From assembly GCF_000143415.4 (NCBI RefSeq), contig NW_003314288.1:1364056-1428055 (forward strand): a DNA stretch of 64,000 nt, in the 5' to 3' direction. Each line of letters opens with the position of its first letter. The stretch's first letter is position 1. A program made the translations under genes and the position numbers. The notes beneath the pieces were generated by a model that searched no databases, was not told where the DNA came from, and saw only the letters and a program-made list of their open reading frames with translations. Source of the stretch: Selaginella moellendorffii (lineage: Eukaryota; Plantae; Lycopodiophyta). This document shows, piece after piece, positions 34,863 to 48,904 of this stretch.

Positions 34863-37800
34863 TGTCAACCATATATATGGTTGTATTTTCACACTTGAGG
34901 TTGTTTTTGTGAGTAATGACGTATTTCTGAGCTAGAAAAAGGTGAAAAAGGAAGAAGCTCACTGAACAAGGTTCCTGGGAAAATTCCAACTAGAGAGAGA
35001 AAAAGTGACGGATTTCAAAAGTGAGAATTTGAAGAAGTTGTTTTCTATGAAGTTGAAGATCTTATCAAGGGAAGTTCTTTTGTGGTGAAATCAAGTCAAT
35101 CTAAGTTGTGGATGAAGAGTTATTAGCTGGAAAAGTCTCAACCATTGGTTGGTGTTTAAGTTTTTGGGAGTTTGAAAATTAGGGATGGCCATTCAGTTAT
35201 TTTACAATTCTTGTTCTCTGGTTCTTGAGTTCTTTATGCTTGAAAATGGTGAGACCTCCCATAGGCCGTCGAGATCCCATCGCCGATCGCATCACCAACA
35301 ACATGCGGATAAGGCGTGCAATCGAGGAGTTGAGAGTTCAAGAGGAGCAGCAAATTCCAACTACCTGTCCAACCTGTGGTCAAGTGTGGTACTATTACCT
35401 ATGTGTGATTATAGAGGAGTTACTGCAGGCCCAGCGTGCTCAATACGAGTGATTTGTAGTTATTGTTGAAATACAAGCCCTAGGGGAGTCTTCCTGGTCT
35501 TTCTTTCTTTGTCGTGTATTTTTCTCCACATTTTTTGGTGCATTAGCCGGGAGGGCTTAGTTGCAGTAACTGTGCAGTAAACCGGGCCTGAGGAAAAGGC
35601 TGGTCATCTGCGAGCATCTGCAGTAAGCATCCTTGCCGCAGTTGGTTCTCGGTCTGGCAGGTAGATCCCTGGACTGGGATAATTTTCTAGATTTTTCTAC
35701 TAGGAGGGTAGAGCAGAATCGAGGCCGGTCTGAATGAGCAGCAAGGAGACTGTTACAGAACTCGCCTGAAACCAGCCCTGAAACTAGTCCGAGGACTTCA
35801 GACTCAAGTTTGAATTGGGAGGAGTGGGGGCCATTTGAACCAGCCTCGCCCACATCGCAAGCAGTAAATCCACAAATGGCACAGCCTGCCAACGTGAGGA
35901 TGAAGTATCCAACGTTTACACAGACTGATGATCCAGACGCTCATGTAACTACTTTCGAAAATGTCAGCACAGCAAATCAGGAGCAGGCAGATGCTGTGAG
36001 AGTCCGTCTATTTCCGGCGATATTGCTGGGAGCAGCAGCAGAGTGGTATGGTCAGGCGAATGCAGCAGCAGCCTTTGCAACCTGGGCAGACCTCAAAACA
36101 GCATTTCTCGATGCTTTCTGTCCTATGGGATTCAAGCAGCGTATCAGCGACGAGCTAAATTCAGATCAATTGTTACCTAGAGAGACATTGCAAAATTACG
36201 TTCTTCACTACAAGAGGCTGCTCGCAAGGAAAGATCCACAGCCTGCTGCTGACGACCAAGTCCGCTGGTTCTTGAATGGGTTGCCATTTGAGATCGGGTT
36301 CCACGTGAAGGTGCAGAGACTGGCAGATTTGAGCGCAGCAATGGAGCATGCAGCAACATGGGAACAGGCCCGGATGTCGTCGCGGAATGTTGCAGCTGCA
36401 GCTCCAGCAGCAACATATGGTAACTTGTTCTCACCGAATATTGCACAGTACCAGACTGGTGTGCTTGGAGCTGTAGCAGCTCCACCTTTGATTCCGGTCC
36501 AGCTGTCAGTTCTCCAGTTACCTGCAGTAAGCACAACCGGATTTGAGAGCCAACTCACGAAAGTGAAAGAAGATGTGGTGGATACACTTACCAAGAAGAT
36601 GGCAGAACTCCTAGTGAGTTTGGTTCAAGGTTTGGGAGCTCCAACTCGGCCGGTGCATGAGAGCTGAGATCTGGTGTATTAAGTGTCAAGGATATGGCCA
36701 CTATCCTAGTGAGTGTCCAAATCTAGTTCCGGCAAAAGCTCCTTGTCCGTATTGTGGGAAGTTCGGCCACAAGCCTGAGAAGTGCTTTTTTCATCCAGCT
36801 CATGTGATGCCCAAGTTCCAACAGCAACCTGTAGTCGCAAGCTATTATGTTCAACCACAATTTCCACAGCACGTTCAACAACAATTTCTACAGCAATATG
36901 ACACGTACCCAGTTTTTAAAGTAGGAGCTCCAGGGGCCGTGCAGAACTCTTGGCCGATGCTGCAGCAGACTGCCGGTGGTGGCCGAGGTGGCGGCCGGAT
37001 GGGAATGTTTGGAGGCAGAGGCGGAGGCTGAGGCCGAGGTCCGATAGTGTGCTACTGGTGTGGGGAACCTGGACATATCGCGCCAAACTGTCCGAATGCA
37101 CAGAAGTCCGAAGAGTATCAGCCAATCTGTGGGATATGCCAGACACAAGGGCTTCATCGGCAGGAGGATTGCCCCTACCACTTGCAAGTGCCGAATCAGC
37201 GTCAGAATCAGGACAAGGGAAAAGAGGTGGTGGACACTAAAGCCATTTTCGTGAATTCTGAAGCGTTGAGAGCGGACACACCTGTGTGGAATGTCAACAC
37301 ACGAGCACAGTTGCAGCAAAGGGACCACGGGTTGTACATCCGAGATGAGCCAAGAACAAGGGCTGAGCAGGGAATTGAGCAAACACATACTTGGGAGGAT
37401 CCGGAGATGTTAGCTCGCCGAAACAGGAAAGAGCAGCGCCACAAGGAAAAGGTGGGGATCGACTTAGGTCTACCGCCACGCATGGAAGGAGGCGGCATTC
37501 AGGATGTGCCGATAGCCGATGGTGGAGATTTCGCAAAGAATATCACGGGAACTATTCAGTGCCCTAATGACGGCAAGGAAACGGATGCAAACCAGGTGAG
37601 TGGTGGAATGGATCCGCAAGAGGTTATGAGGAAGGTGGGCATCTCGACGCCGCAGCAGCTGGCAGAGGTATTCAAGGAACATTTTGGGGGCGAGCCGTTG
37701 AAGATGGGCCAGCGGAGATCTCGCCGGTATAAGCAGGTGCTAAATCTGGAAACTCAGCCCTACGACGTGCTCAAGGACTTGGAGAATCAAAAGCCAAGTA

Positions 37801-40800
37801 TCACATTCGCACAATTACTGCAGCTGGCACCAAGTCTGAGGAAAGTGGTGGCCACAGCAGTCAAGGCCCATCAAGAGGTGGTAGTGAAATCAGCATGGCC
37901 GATGATCGAAGCAGAGAATCTGATTATAGATGCAGAGATTTCAGGTCAGCACTTGAAGGGGTGCGTGATTGACAGAGGTGCTGCCATCAACATAATGCCT
38001 GAGCAGATGGTGTCGAAACTTGGGTTGGAGCAGCCGTCTCCAGTTCATTTTTGTGTCCGCATGGCGAACCATTCTCGCTCAAGACCGGTTAGTGTACTTA
38101 CTGGAGTGAAGACAGAGATTGCCGGTTTTATCTTTTATGTTGATTACGTGGTGCTGAGGATGGTTGGACACGAGCTGGATTATCCAATTCTTTTGGGAAA
38201 ACCGTGGCTGTTACAGGCCTGGGCAGATCAGAGTTGGCTGAAGGGGACTATTACGATAGGAGATGGAAACGAGTCGCACACCATCCAAGTTCGGACGAGG
38301 AGGAGACCGGCTTGGACTCCAGTGGCATGTGAGCCAATAGTGGATGGGATCGATGACAGCAGTGATACCACGACTGGATCAGAAGCAGGAGAGCGTATGA
38401 GTGAGGTATGTTTAGAGCAGAGTCAGTCGAATGATGAGAGTTCAGTGGAGGTTGCAGCTGTGGAGCCCTGCTCCGGCTATGACGCCCTGCTGCTGTCACC
38501 TTTTGAAGATGGAACAGCGAGCGATCAACTCAAGCATTGGTTGTTTGGTGGTGATGTGAGCTGTGGAATGGTTCAGGTCGAGGACATGGAGCCAGTAGTG
38601 GAGTAGGAACGACTACAGCAGTTTCCCCGCCATTTTTATTCCGAAGTTATAGATGGTTCCGTTCTGGAGATTGATGAAGAGCCAGCGATCCAGCCTGGAG
38701 GCCGAGGTAGTAGCCGATACACAGCTCCACCGACTGTTGAAGAGATGAACCTCGGATCAGCCGAGGAGGAAAAGGTGGTGAAGGTCGGAGCTAACTTGCT
38801 GGTCCAAGTTAAGGAGAGGTTGAGGTGCCTCTTTTACAGGTACCTCGATGTGTTTGCATGGTCTTATAGAGACATGCGAGGTGTGGATGTGAAGCTGGCT
38901 CAGCACCGGATCATTCTCAAGCCAGGAGCAGTGCCTATTCGGCAACGGCTTTATAGGATGAACCCAAATTACTCCAAGACTATTCGAGAGGAGCTGGAGA
39001 AGTTGCTGCGAACTGGGTTTATTTACGAGGTGGAAACAAGGCAGTGGCTGTCTCCGATTGTGGTGGTGCTGAAAAAGAATGGTCACGAGTCTGTGTGGAT
39101 TACCAGAAGCTGAATGAGGTGACTGAGAAGGATGGCTTCCCTCTGCCCTTCACTGACACGGTACTTTATGCTGTGGCAGGACACGAGCTTTATTCCTTCC
39201 TCGATGGATTCAGCGGCTATAACCAGGTGCAGATAGCAGAAGAGGATCAGCTCAAAACCACGTTTGTGACTGAGTGGGGTTGCTACGCCTACAAAGTTAT
39301 GCCTTTCGGCCTGTGTAATGCACCTGCCACCTTTCAGCGGGTCGTCACAGCAGCTTTCCAGCCGTACATGTGAGAGTTTATGGAAGTATTCCTTGACGAC
39401 TTCAGTGTCTATGGGAGCGAGTTGGCACATGAAGGCTTGCTCGAGAAGTGTTTTGAACGCTGCCGACACTATGGGATTTCTCTCAACCCGTTCAAGTGTC
39501 AGTTCTTGGTAACGCATGGGGTGCTGCTGGGTCAGATAGTGTCAAGAGAAGGTTTAGCTGTTGATCTGGCCAAGACGCAGATGATCCTGCAGCTGGTGTC
39601 ACCAGAGACTGTGAAGCAATTGCAGGCATTTCTTGGGCATGTGGGATATCACTGCCGTTTCATGAGGAACTTTGCTGAGAAAGCTCTACCCTTGACTAGC
39701 CTGCTGAAGAAGGGGGCTAAATATGAGTGGACAGCTGCATGTGAGGCGGCCTTCCAACGCTTGAAACTGGCACTGGCGAACGCACCGATTTTGAAGATGC
39801 CGGATTGGAACCTGGAGTTCCACGTTCATGTGGATGCATCAGCTGTGGCAATTAGTGTGGTGCTGTGTCAACGCTCAGATGGACAAGCAGATCATCCAAT
39901 ATGTTACAGCAGCCATCAACTTTCGACGGCTGAGAAGAGCTATTCAGCAACTGAGAGGGAAGGACTCAGCATGATCTATGCGATCCAGCAATATCGACAT
40001 TATCTACTTGGCAAGGAGTTCGTGTTTTTCCTTGATCATCAGGCACTGAAGTATTTAATAGGGAAGCCATGCAAGATGGGAAGAATCACACATTGGCTGT
40101 TGCTGCTCCAGGAATTTCAGTTCCGGATTGTGTTGAAACCTGGAAGCAGCCATCAGATGCCGGATCACTTATCGAGGCTTCCACCACAGGACAGTGATGA
40201 GGAAGTAGGCGTAGAGGATGATTTGCCAGACGCACCTATCTTCCAATTTGAAACGGTGCCGGACTGGTATGCCGAGATGGTTAAGTTCCTTGGCAATGGC
40301 GAGTATCTGGCAGGGTTGAATAAACGGCAGCAGCGACGGCTTCTGTTGCAGAGCCGACTCTACACGATGGTTGGCGGTGTATTGTACCGGATTGGACAAG
40401 ATAGCGTACTGAGGCGGTGTTTGCTACCCCATGAGACGACTAAGGTGATAGCGGCATGCCATGACTCGGCATATGGAGGCCACTTTGGAACAGAAGCGTC
40501 GGTTGAGATTATTTGTAGAGCTGGATATTGGTGGCTGGCATTGAGGAAGGAGGTTACGTACTACATCAAAACCTGTGACCCCTGTCAGCGAGGAGGGAAG
40601 CCTGATAAGCGCGACTACCAGCCTCTTCATCCACTGTTGCTGGTGATGCCGTTTGAAAAATGGGGAATTGATTTTTGCGGACCGTTTCCTCCAGCTCGAC
40701 GAACAGGTTATAAGTATGTACTGGTCTGCACTGATTAAGTTACAAAATGGTCTGAGGTGAAGGCTCTACGGGAGGATACTGGTAAGAAGGTGGCGGAGTT

Positions 40801-42651
40801 TCTTTATGAGCAGATAATTACATGGTTTGGAGTTCCCCTCGAACTGGTGAGTGATCAGGGTACACACTTTTTGAACGAGGCAGTGGCAGCACTGACAGAA
40901 ACTTATGGAGTTTATCACTCGAAGTCTACACCTTACTACCCGCGTTGCAGTGGTCAAGTGGAGCGTACAAATGGAACTCTTTGCCAGATTGTTACTAAGA
41001 CCTGCTCAGCTTCTCGGACGGATTGGGATAAGCGCCTGTTGGATGCAGTCTGGGTGTATTGGGTTGCTTTTAAGGTGACCACTCGGTTCTCACCTTTTCA
41101 GTTGGTTTATGGGCAGGAAGCACTATTGCCGGTGGAGCTTGAAGTTCCAGCCTTGAGGACGGCTGTGGAGCATGCTATGGACTGGGACGGTGCCATACAG
41201 TAGAGGTTGAATGAGCTAGAACGATTGGATGAGACGAGGCTGCTGGCATTTCAAGCTAGAGAGGTACTGCAGAAGCGGAGGAAGAAATGGCATGATGATC
41301 ATATTCGAGAGCGGAAGTTTGCAATAGGGGATTTGGAGCTGCTGTATGACAGCAAGTTTTGGAAGCGGCTAGGAAAACTCAAGATACGTGGCTGGGCCCT
41401 TACGTGGTGGTGAATGTCAACGACAATGGCTCGGTGCAGGTGGCAGATTTGAGTGGGAACCTGCTGCCAACACGGATCAATGGTTTCCGATTGAAGAAGT
41501 ACCATCCACGTTCAAATGTTGAAACAGCCGGAGCTGAGCGAGAGTCCAATGTGCAGGAGCCATCCGAATCAGAGTCAAGGATGACCAGAGCTGAGGCCAG
41601 CTGCGAGCTGTGGCTGTAAGCTGAATGGGAAGTTCCAGAATTGAATGGAGGTATGTTGGTGTTTTCATTTAAGAACAAGCGTAGAAGACGCAGGTAGAGT
41701 TGGCTGCACATCCTTGAGAGGAGCAGCTGAAGGGGGAGATTTTATAAGTTCAGGTGTGGAGTGCCAGGAGGATTTATTTGTGGAGGCTGTAGACATCGGT
41801 GGAGGTGAGCTCAGCAGTAGTGTAGGAGAAGAGAGTTGAGAGAGGCGGAGTGTCACTGTGTGAGAAGTCAAATGGAGCCGAGTTGAGCGGTGTCCAAGGA
41901 AAGTATAGCAGAGTTGGGTTCGAGCCAGTCAAGAAGTCAGTGGTTAGTGGCAGTCAGCGTGCCGAGGGCGGCATGAGTATCAGGGTGGTATGGTGTCAAC
42001 CATATATACAGTTGTATTTTCACACTTGAGGTTGTTTTTGTGAGTACTGACGTATTTCTGAGCTAGAAAAAGGTGAAAAAGGAAGAAGCTCGCTGAACAA
42101 GGTTCCTAGGAAAATTCCGACTAAAGAGAGAAAAAATGATGGATTTCAGAAGTGAGAATTTGAAGAAGTTGTTTTCTATGAAGTTGAAGATCTTATCAAG
42201 GGAAGTTATTTTGTGGTGAAATCAAGTTGATCGAAGCTGTGGATGAAGAGTTATTAGCTGGAAAAGTCTCAGCCGTTGATTGGTGTTTAAGTTTTTGGGA
42301 GTTTGAAAATGAAGGATGGCCATTTAGTTATTTTATAGTTCTTGTTCTCTGGTTCTTGAGTTCTTTATGCTTGAAGATGGTGAGACCTCCCATAGGCCGT
42401 CAAGATCCCATCACCAATCGCATCACCAACAACATGTGGATAAGGCATGCGATCGAGGAGTTGAGAGTTCGAGAGGAGCAGCAAATTCCAACTACCTGTC
42501 CAACCTGTGGTCAAGTGTGGTACCGTTACCTACGTGTGATTATAGAAGAGTTACTGCAGGCCCAGTGCACTCAATACGAGTGATTTGTAGTTACTGTTGA
42601 AATACAAGCCCTAGGGGAGCTTTCTTTCTTTGTCGTGTATTTTTCTCCACA
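34863..42651 (+). mobile_element. Ty3/gypsy non-chromovirus LTR retrotransposon (Selgy/Phygy/Athila-like), full length
   Basis: LTRs 34863-35530 and 41994-42651 (TG...CA). TSD GATAT/GACAT. PBS TGGTGCATTAGCCGGGA at 35536. Confidence 0.9.
35810..41619 (+). pseudogene. gag-pol pseudogene (Gag with four CCHC knuckles, protease, RT, RNase H, integrase)
   Basis: IDRGAAIN, FLDGFSGYNQ, FLDDF, HVDAS, WGIDFCGPFP, SDQGTHF. Several stops and frameshifts. Confidence 0.9.
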
Positions 42652-43429
42652 GACATCGTGATCAAGGTGCATTTTAATGACAATTTGCGAAAAAGGAACT
42701 CAATTGGGTTAGGGTCCACATTTAATAAGGGATTTAAACCAAGGAAATTTAAGAAGAGCTAGTAAATGTTGCTTATTTGTTAGCCATTGGATTTACCATT
42801 CTAAAACTATAAGGATTCATTTTTAAAGAAACTCTCCAAGGAAAGCTTGGAAGTAACTCTATTAAGATGTTTATGGACATAGATATTTTGGAAAATTTTG
42901 TGGCTGTAAATATAGTTTGGCAAGCAAAACTAACATTGCAGTGGTTTGGAGAACTGAGGATCATAGAGTTCATTCAAGGTATCCAAAGCATAAATGAAGC
43001 ACTTTAACAAACAAGAGTGAAAATAGGGATATGGAAAGTGAACATGAATTTCACTGTTTTGGATATAGTAGAATTTGATGTAATCTTTAGGAATCTATAA
43101 ATGGATGGCTAACACCTTGTTACTCATATAGTGAATAACTAAATCTAAGTAAGTCTAAATAAAAACTAGTATAATAAATTTAAACTTTGGTAAGGGAACT
43201 TAATTGAGGCAAAGGCAAAAGTGGTTAGATAGATAAGGTAAATTGGCAAATTAGAAAAGGAAAATTTATAACTTATACCCATCTAGAACTAAAAGTTTGC
43301 CTTTGAATGCAATGCTGATATACTCATATAAAATATAAAACTTATACTAGGTTTTTGAGCCAAAGTATGATCTAACTATAAGGAGTAATAATTACTTATT
43401 TCAAAGAGGTTAAAAATTTAACATGATAG

Positions 43430-46400
43430 AGCATAAAAGTCAAAGAACCAAAAGCTTGAAGAAGCCTATAGCCAAGTCTTACTTAATAATGATCATAAGT
43501 CTCATAGAAACTAACTTCAATGCTAAAGAAGAAATCATGATGCAACTCACAATATCTTCCTCAACACATCCATAAGCCAAACTTCATAATGCCAAAGCTA
43601 ATGAAGAGCATTTCTGCATCAATCAAAAAGCTAAACACAATGGAGCTATGCCCAACAAGTGATCACTAAACAATCCTCCATAAATCCATCTTATAGCAAG
43701 ACGTAATTCACTTCATAACAAGCACAAGAAGAATCATCAATGATCGATATAGTCCAACTCAAATGCAATAGGGACTCAAATTGTTTAATATCGAACACTA
43801 ATTCTTCCTCTCGTGAAGTTAGCATAGTTCACGATTAAATCATTTTTCAAGGAAAAGCTAAAGCTTAACCCCTACTAAACAATCTCATCTAAAACACAAC
43901 TAACTCAAACTTGCCACTCACTTCATTTGAACGTCAATATAGTTGCTAACTAGCAAATGCATGAATGCCAACAACATAGAGTTACAACCAAATCATCAAC
44001 ACTATCTTCATCAAGACTAATGAAACTCAATATCAATCCTTGGAAGGATATCTCATTTCACTCAGATCTCAATATCAACAATGTCAATGACAAAGTATCA
44101 CTTCAATGCCATCAACACCAAAACAAAGCTAGAAGAAAGCACAAGTGAATCACCACTCAAAACTCTTTAGCAACCAAGCTAACCAAAGTCAAAGATACTT
44201 AGTTAGTATCTGAGACCAATCCTTCAATAATACTCAGTTTCAGATAACACATCCTCAAGGAGTGATTCACCATATCCAAGACTCAACATAATCCGACACT
44301 ACGGACTAAACACAACCAAATGATATTGACAAAGGAATCAACATGTCAACATGGAAAACCCATGCAAGCCATGATACGATCCTCCGCAACACCATCCAGT
44401 AAAGCAAGTTTATCACTGCTAAATCATCATCGAGCAAAGCAAGTGTCAAACAGTCCTCGACGAAGTCTATGAGCAATCACTAGTCGCAGAGCAACCAACA
44501 ATCACTCTTCAACTTGCCTTCACAAGACCCAAACACCAACTTTTGTCATCAAGTTATATACTTTGTCCAACATGAACGTGATACCCCAGGTACGAGATAA
44601 GTTCATAGACAAGCATAAACTAAATGACCACTCGAATCCAACTCAACCGCAATAAGCTCACTAATACATTTAACCACTAGCTCTAAGCATGCCCTGAAGG
44701 GGCTAGCTATGCATGATCAACACTTAGTAGAAACTAAAGTGTAAACCATGAGATGGACTCATGTCGGTACACAACCTCTTCATAGACAAAGCTATAGTAC
44801 GGGAACTAACATCTTAACCTTAAACAACCAAGTTGGACATCACTATCCTCAGCCAAAGCGCAGGGCCACTAAGACCAAGTCAAGATCAATGAGAGTTTAC
44901 TACTCTCATAGAGTCTTAACAAAATGCAAGGTGCAACCTGCCACCGAGCATAATGCTACAAAAGAAAGGCACAAGGGTCACCCTTCTTAGAAAAGTGCAA
45001 CGGCCACTTTTTTATATCAACTCTAGAGTCTATCCAAGTCAATTGTTTTAGCACCAAAAGTTAGCATCCCTTTCGGGCCGCATCATACAAACTACCTATC
45101 AGGTTCTAAGCTAACTGAAGTCAACTCCAACCCCTTCACTAGTTTGTATTGGCTTATGAAAATGGAATGGTTTTCAGTAAAGTGACTAACAGATCAGCCA
45201 TGGGAAAAGTCTAAGAAAATTTGTGGAAAATTTTCCATCCCAGAGAAAGAATGACTCTCAATCCAGAAATACAAACTTTCAAGACTCAACCAACTTTTTC
45301 TTACTAACAACTTCACATAGATTCACCTCAACACAAATTCTCATGATCCAACAACATGCTTAAGCATTGAACATTTTTGCCCATATAACCGACATTCAAC
45401 ACTAACATCCGCAAAGTGCAAAATGAACATCCAAGGCTTGATCACAAAGACCACATCTTTGGATATCCACATTGCACTAACACTCTTCTTCAATCACCTT
45501 CAAGATCCAATGTGAAGCCAAAACACTAACAAGAAAAATGACATGGAAAAATCAAGTTCCAAGGAAAATTCCTCATCACTTGAAATAACAATGCCACTTC
45601 CACTAACACAAGTGCTAGTGATGCCCCAACTACACATCTTCTCCATCCAATAATCTACTCCAAGTGCTAACGGATCAACCGACAAGCTAAAGCAAATGAA
45701 TGCTATAACCCTTTTCCAACACCTAATGGGCAAACTCAAGGAAACAAGGTACCAATTTAAGCTTAGCATAATGGACCACCATTGAGAATCTAGTCAAAGC
45801 TACTACAATGCTACTTCGTGCAAGTAGACTAGCTTCACTATCAACCACTTTGGGGTTGATCATCATTTAACCAAGCAACTTCGTAAACACATTGCTTATT
45901 ATCACATGGATATTATATAAGTATCACAATGACTTGATCATCAATCAAGCAACACTATGAGCAATGCCCATGTCATTACTTCAAAGGTTTATATGGATAT
46001 CAAGTGCCAACTCAATTCGACAAAATGCAACATAAATGCCACACCCCATCGATAGAGATTTATAACACCTAACACCACTAACTTTTGTTCATAACACGGA
46101 TAAGCTCATGCCACTCTCTTTCCGACAAAACTCAAAACTAATCCAACACCAAGCTACTCAAGGAGCAATAACAAGGTTCCCCGGAAAAGAATTGAGCATT
46201 GCAACCCAAATCTTCTATAGTGAGCTTAGACAAAAATGGTATAGCACTTCACTGCTATCCATCCCATAACTCACCATTGTAAGACCACCATCTCCAACAT
46301 GCATCAAGATAAGGACTCTTGATTGCATGATGTGAACACAAACAATGAGTTAACACCTCGTTGCACATCATCTCTCCAAGAAGAGAAAATGATTTACGTA

Positions 46401-48163
46401 TTTGATCCTCCGTCCTCGATGACTCTCTTTTCGGTCTCATCTTTGACCAAACCTCAAGCTTGCTTTCGCACTGCCTTCAGTTCAATCGAAGAAAAGTTTA
46501 TGAGAGAGCACGGCCATGATTACTTGAACCAATAGATTAATCCCTATAGTCTTGATTGATCCACTTATAATCATGCCTAGGAAGGATCCACTAGTGCCGT
46601 GCTAAATAGCTACGGACCAGCCTATTTGCCACTCATAACAAACCCAGGGAAAGTTTATTTACACCCATGGTACATGGAACAACTTATGGAACCACCGAAA
46701 CCATCGATAGGCTTACATTAATCCTGCCAACTCAAAGTATAGCTTCGAGTTGCTAATGTGCCGCACTCACGAGCCCAAGCGCAACTCGTGCTACTGAAAC
46801 AACTCAATCCTTCCTATGAGCCCAAGAGCAAGCTCATATAATACGGAGCAAAAAGGTAACTAAATTTCATACCTAAGGAACCAATTGCGAAGCCTTTGCA
46901 CCCAAACGTGTACCCACTCGGATCATCGTTTTCATCTCTACGTATGCAACAAGACTAGTTGCCCAATCTCATTGAATAATACTCACTGAGACTCATCCTC
47001 TGATACCAAATGTAACGCACGTGGTTTTGACCCTTTATCCTATGGTGATTTACCATAGGATAACACCACGAGGCGGAACCTAAACCCTCTTTATGCCACG
47101 TGACAGATGCCACATGTCACATGCCACGTGTCCATACCACGTGTCCATAGGAACCCGAGGTTCAAGGCCTTGGGCCACTGAACGAACAAACGGTGCCAAA
47201 CTCCCAAGTATAGAGCCAAGGAGTGATGGAACCGAACCACGGAGCAACTCCCGAGCATACAGCCCAAGGAGCGAAGGGACAGGGGCCCGGAGCGACTTGG
47301 AACAGTCCTAGAGCAACCAGCATCCCAATGCTAAGACCAGCACCCAAAACAGAGCCAAACGGAGTCTGGCACTATTTCGGCATACTGGTGGCCTAACGCG
47401 AGGACATGGGTACTCCACCAGCTAGCATGGAATGGAACTTGGGCTTAGACCCAAGCCGGACGCAGAACAAGGACAGGCACGCAAGCGGGAGCTAGACTAT
47501 ACTTCAAGTTGGTCGGCCATGCCCGACCTACCCACTATCCCTACTATACATTTGGAACCCCCCATAGCCCCCCCCCCCCCCCCCCCCTTGAGGAACACAC
47601 GCTTTGGGCTTTCACCCCAAGCCTCCCTTAGTATTAGGAGTTAGTCTCTAGGACAAGCTCGAAACTTACTAAATATGGAATGTCCTTAGATTGCGAATTT
47701 GGACACGGGACGAACACCATTGTGTTCAGGTCGATCTCTACATTCCGTAGATATGCCAAATGAGCAAATCTGGACACTTTCCATAAATAGCATTTGGGAC
47801 CGAAATGAGACTAACACAAAGGGATGATAGCGAGGGTGTTTGGTAGACACGGTAAGCTATCATTCAGCGATATTGAGGGACTAATCTCAATACGCGAGAG
47901 TTCTTGCCAAGCCAGTGCAAGACAGAGCAAAAGAGAACTAAGAGCCAGGCTGAGAATGCTCAGCTAGAAACACATAGGAGTTCCTACCTTATGTTCATCT
48001 GGCTAAATACAGATGCTAAGCCCAGTAAGCTAACACTTGGACAAGAGGGGCTAATAAAGGGAACCAGCAATACCGACCTCCTGCCATTGCGGCAGTAGGG
48101 TAAGAGTGTCCGTAAGGACTAGCCAACAGGTAACTTTCGATACCCGAAGTCACATTCGCGACA
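43430..48163 (-). mobile_element. Second, inverted and truncated copy of family A (lacks both nested insertions)
   Basis: LTR 47011-48163 is the reverse complement of the family-A LTR, with PBS CTCTGATACCA at 46998-47008. Internal sequence is colinear with 6968-7736, 13341-15060 and 27916-29010. Confidence 0.88.
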
Positions 48164-48904
48164 ATAGCCATGGCACAAATTATGATAACTGGAACTTAGT
48201 GCCCAAGGAGACACGAAATAGAAGAAAGGATGATGGTGCCCTCAAGTAGAGAACTTCCTAGGATGGGGAAGTGGAGTTGCATAATATGTGCAATGCAAGG
48301 TGTCGGAGACACCTAGGAAATTGACTTCAAGAAGTCAAAATTAAAAGTTCCAAAGTGCAAAGGTTATATCGATGGAAACTAAGACTACTTGAGAAGGAGT
48401 CATGGGGTTGAGATAGAGACGGTGTCTCTAACAAGTTTAGCAAGAACTAAACTAATAAAAGGAGAGAACCACTACAAATGGTCCAATCAATCTTTAAGTT
48501 GGAGAGACTACCCTCCTTAGAGAATGGGTAAGGCATGGTCAGCCTTTGGTATCAAACCATTGACAAATATTGGTGAGGTGCCAAGAATGGAAAGGGTAAT
48601 ATATGTTAGTATTACTTTATAAGATAGTTTATTGTTTGGTGAGGATATCAAACTTTGTCTATGGGTGGTGGAGTTGTGAGACACAAAATACCTAGGCCCC
48701 AAAGTGGAGCCGGAAGGGTGCCACATGGTAGTGGCCAAAGTGAAAGCCAAACGAGAGTAAAACATTTGGACTAAAAGCTCCGACTTGAAAGGTTGAGAGC
48801 AGGAGTGGAACTCCCAACAAAGGGCTCGAGGAATGAGCACGAAGCCAGCAATAAGTGAGGCTCTAAAAAGGGACCCAAAAGGACCAACACATGACACATG
48901 AAAG

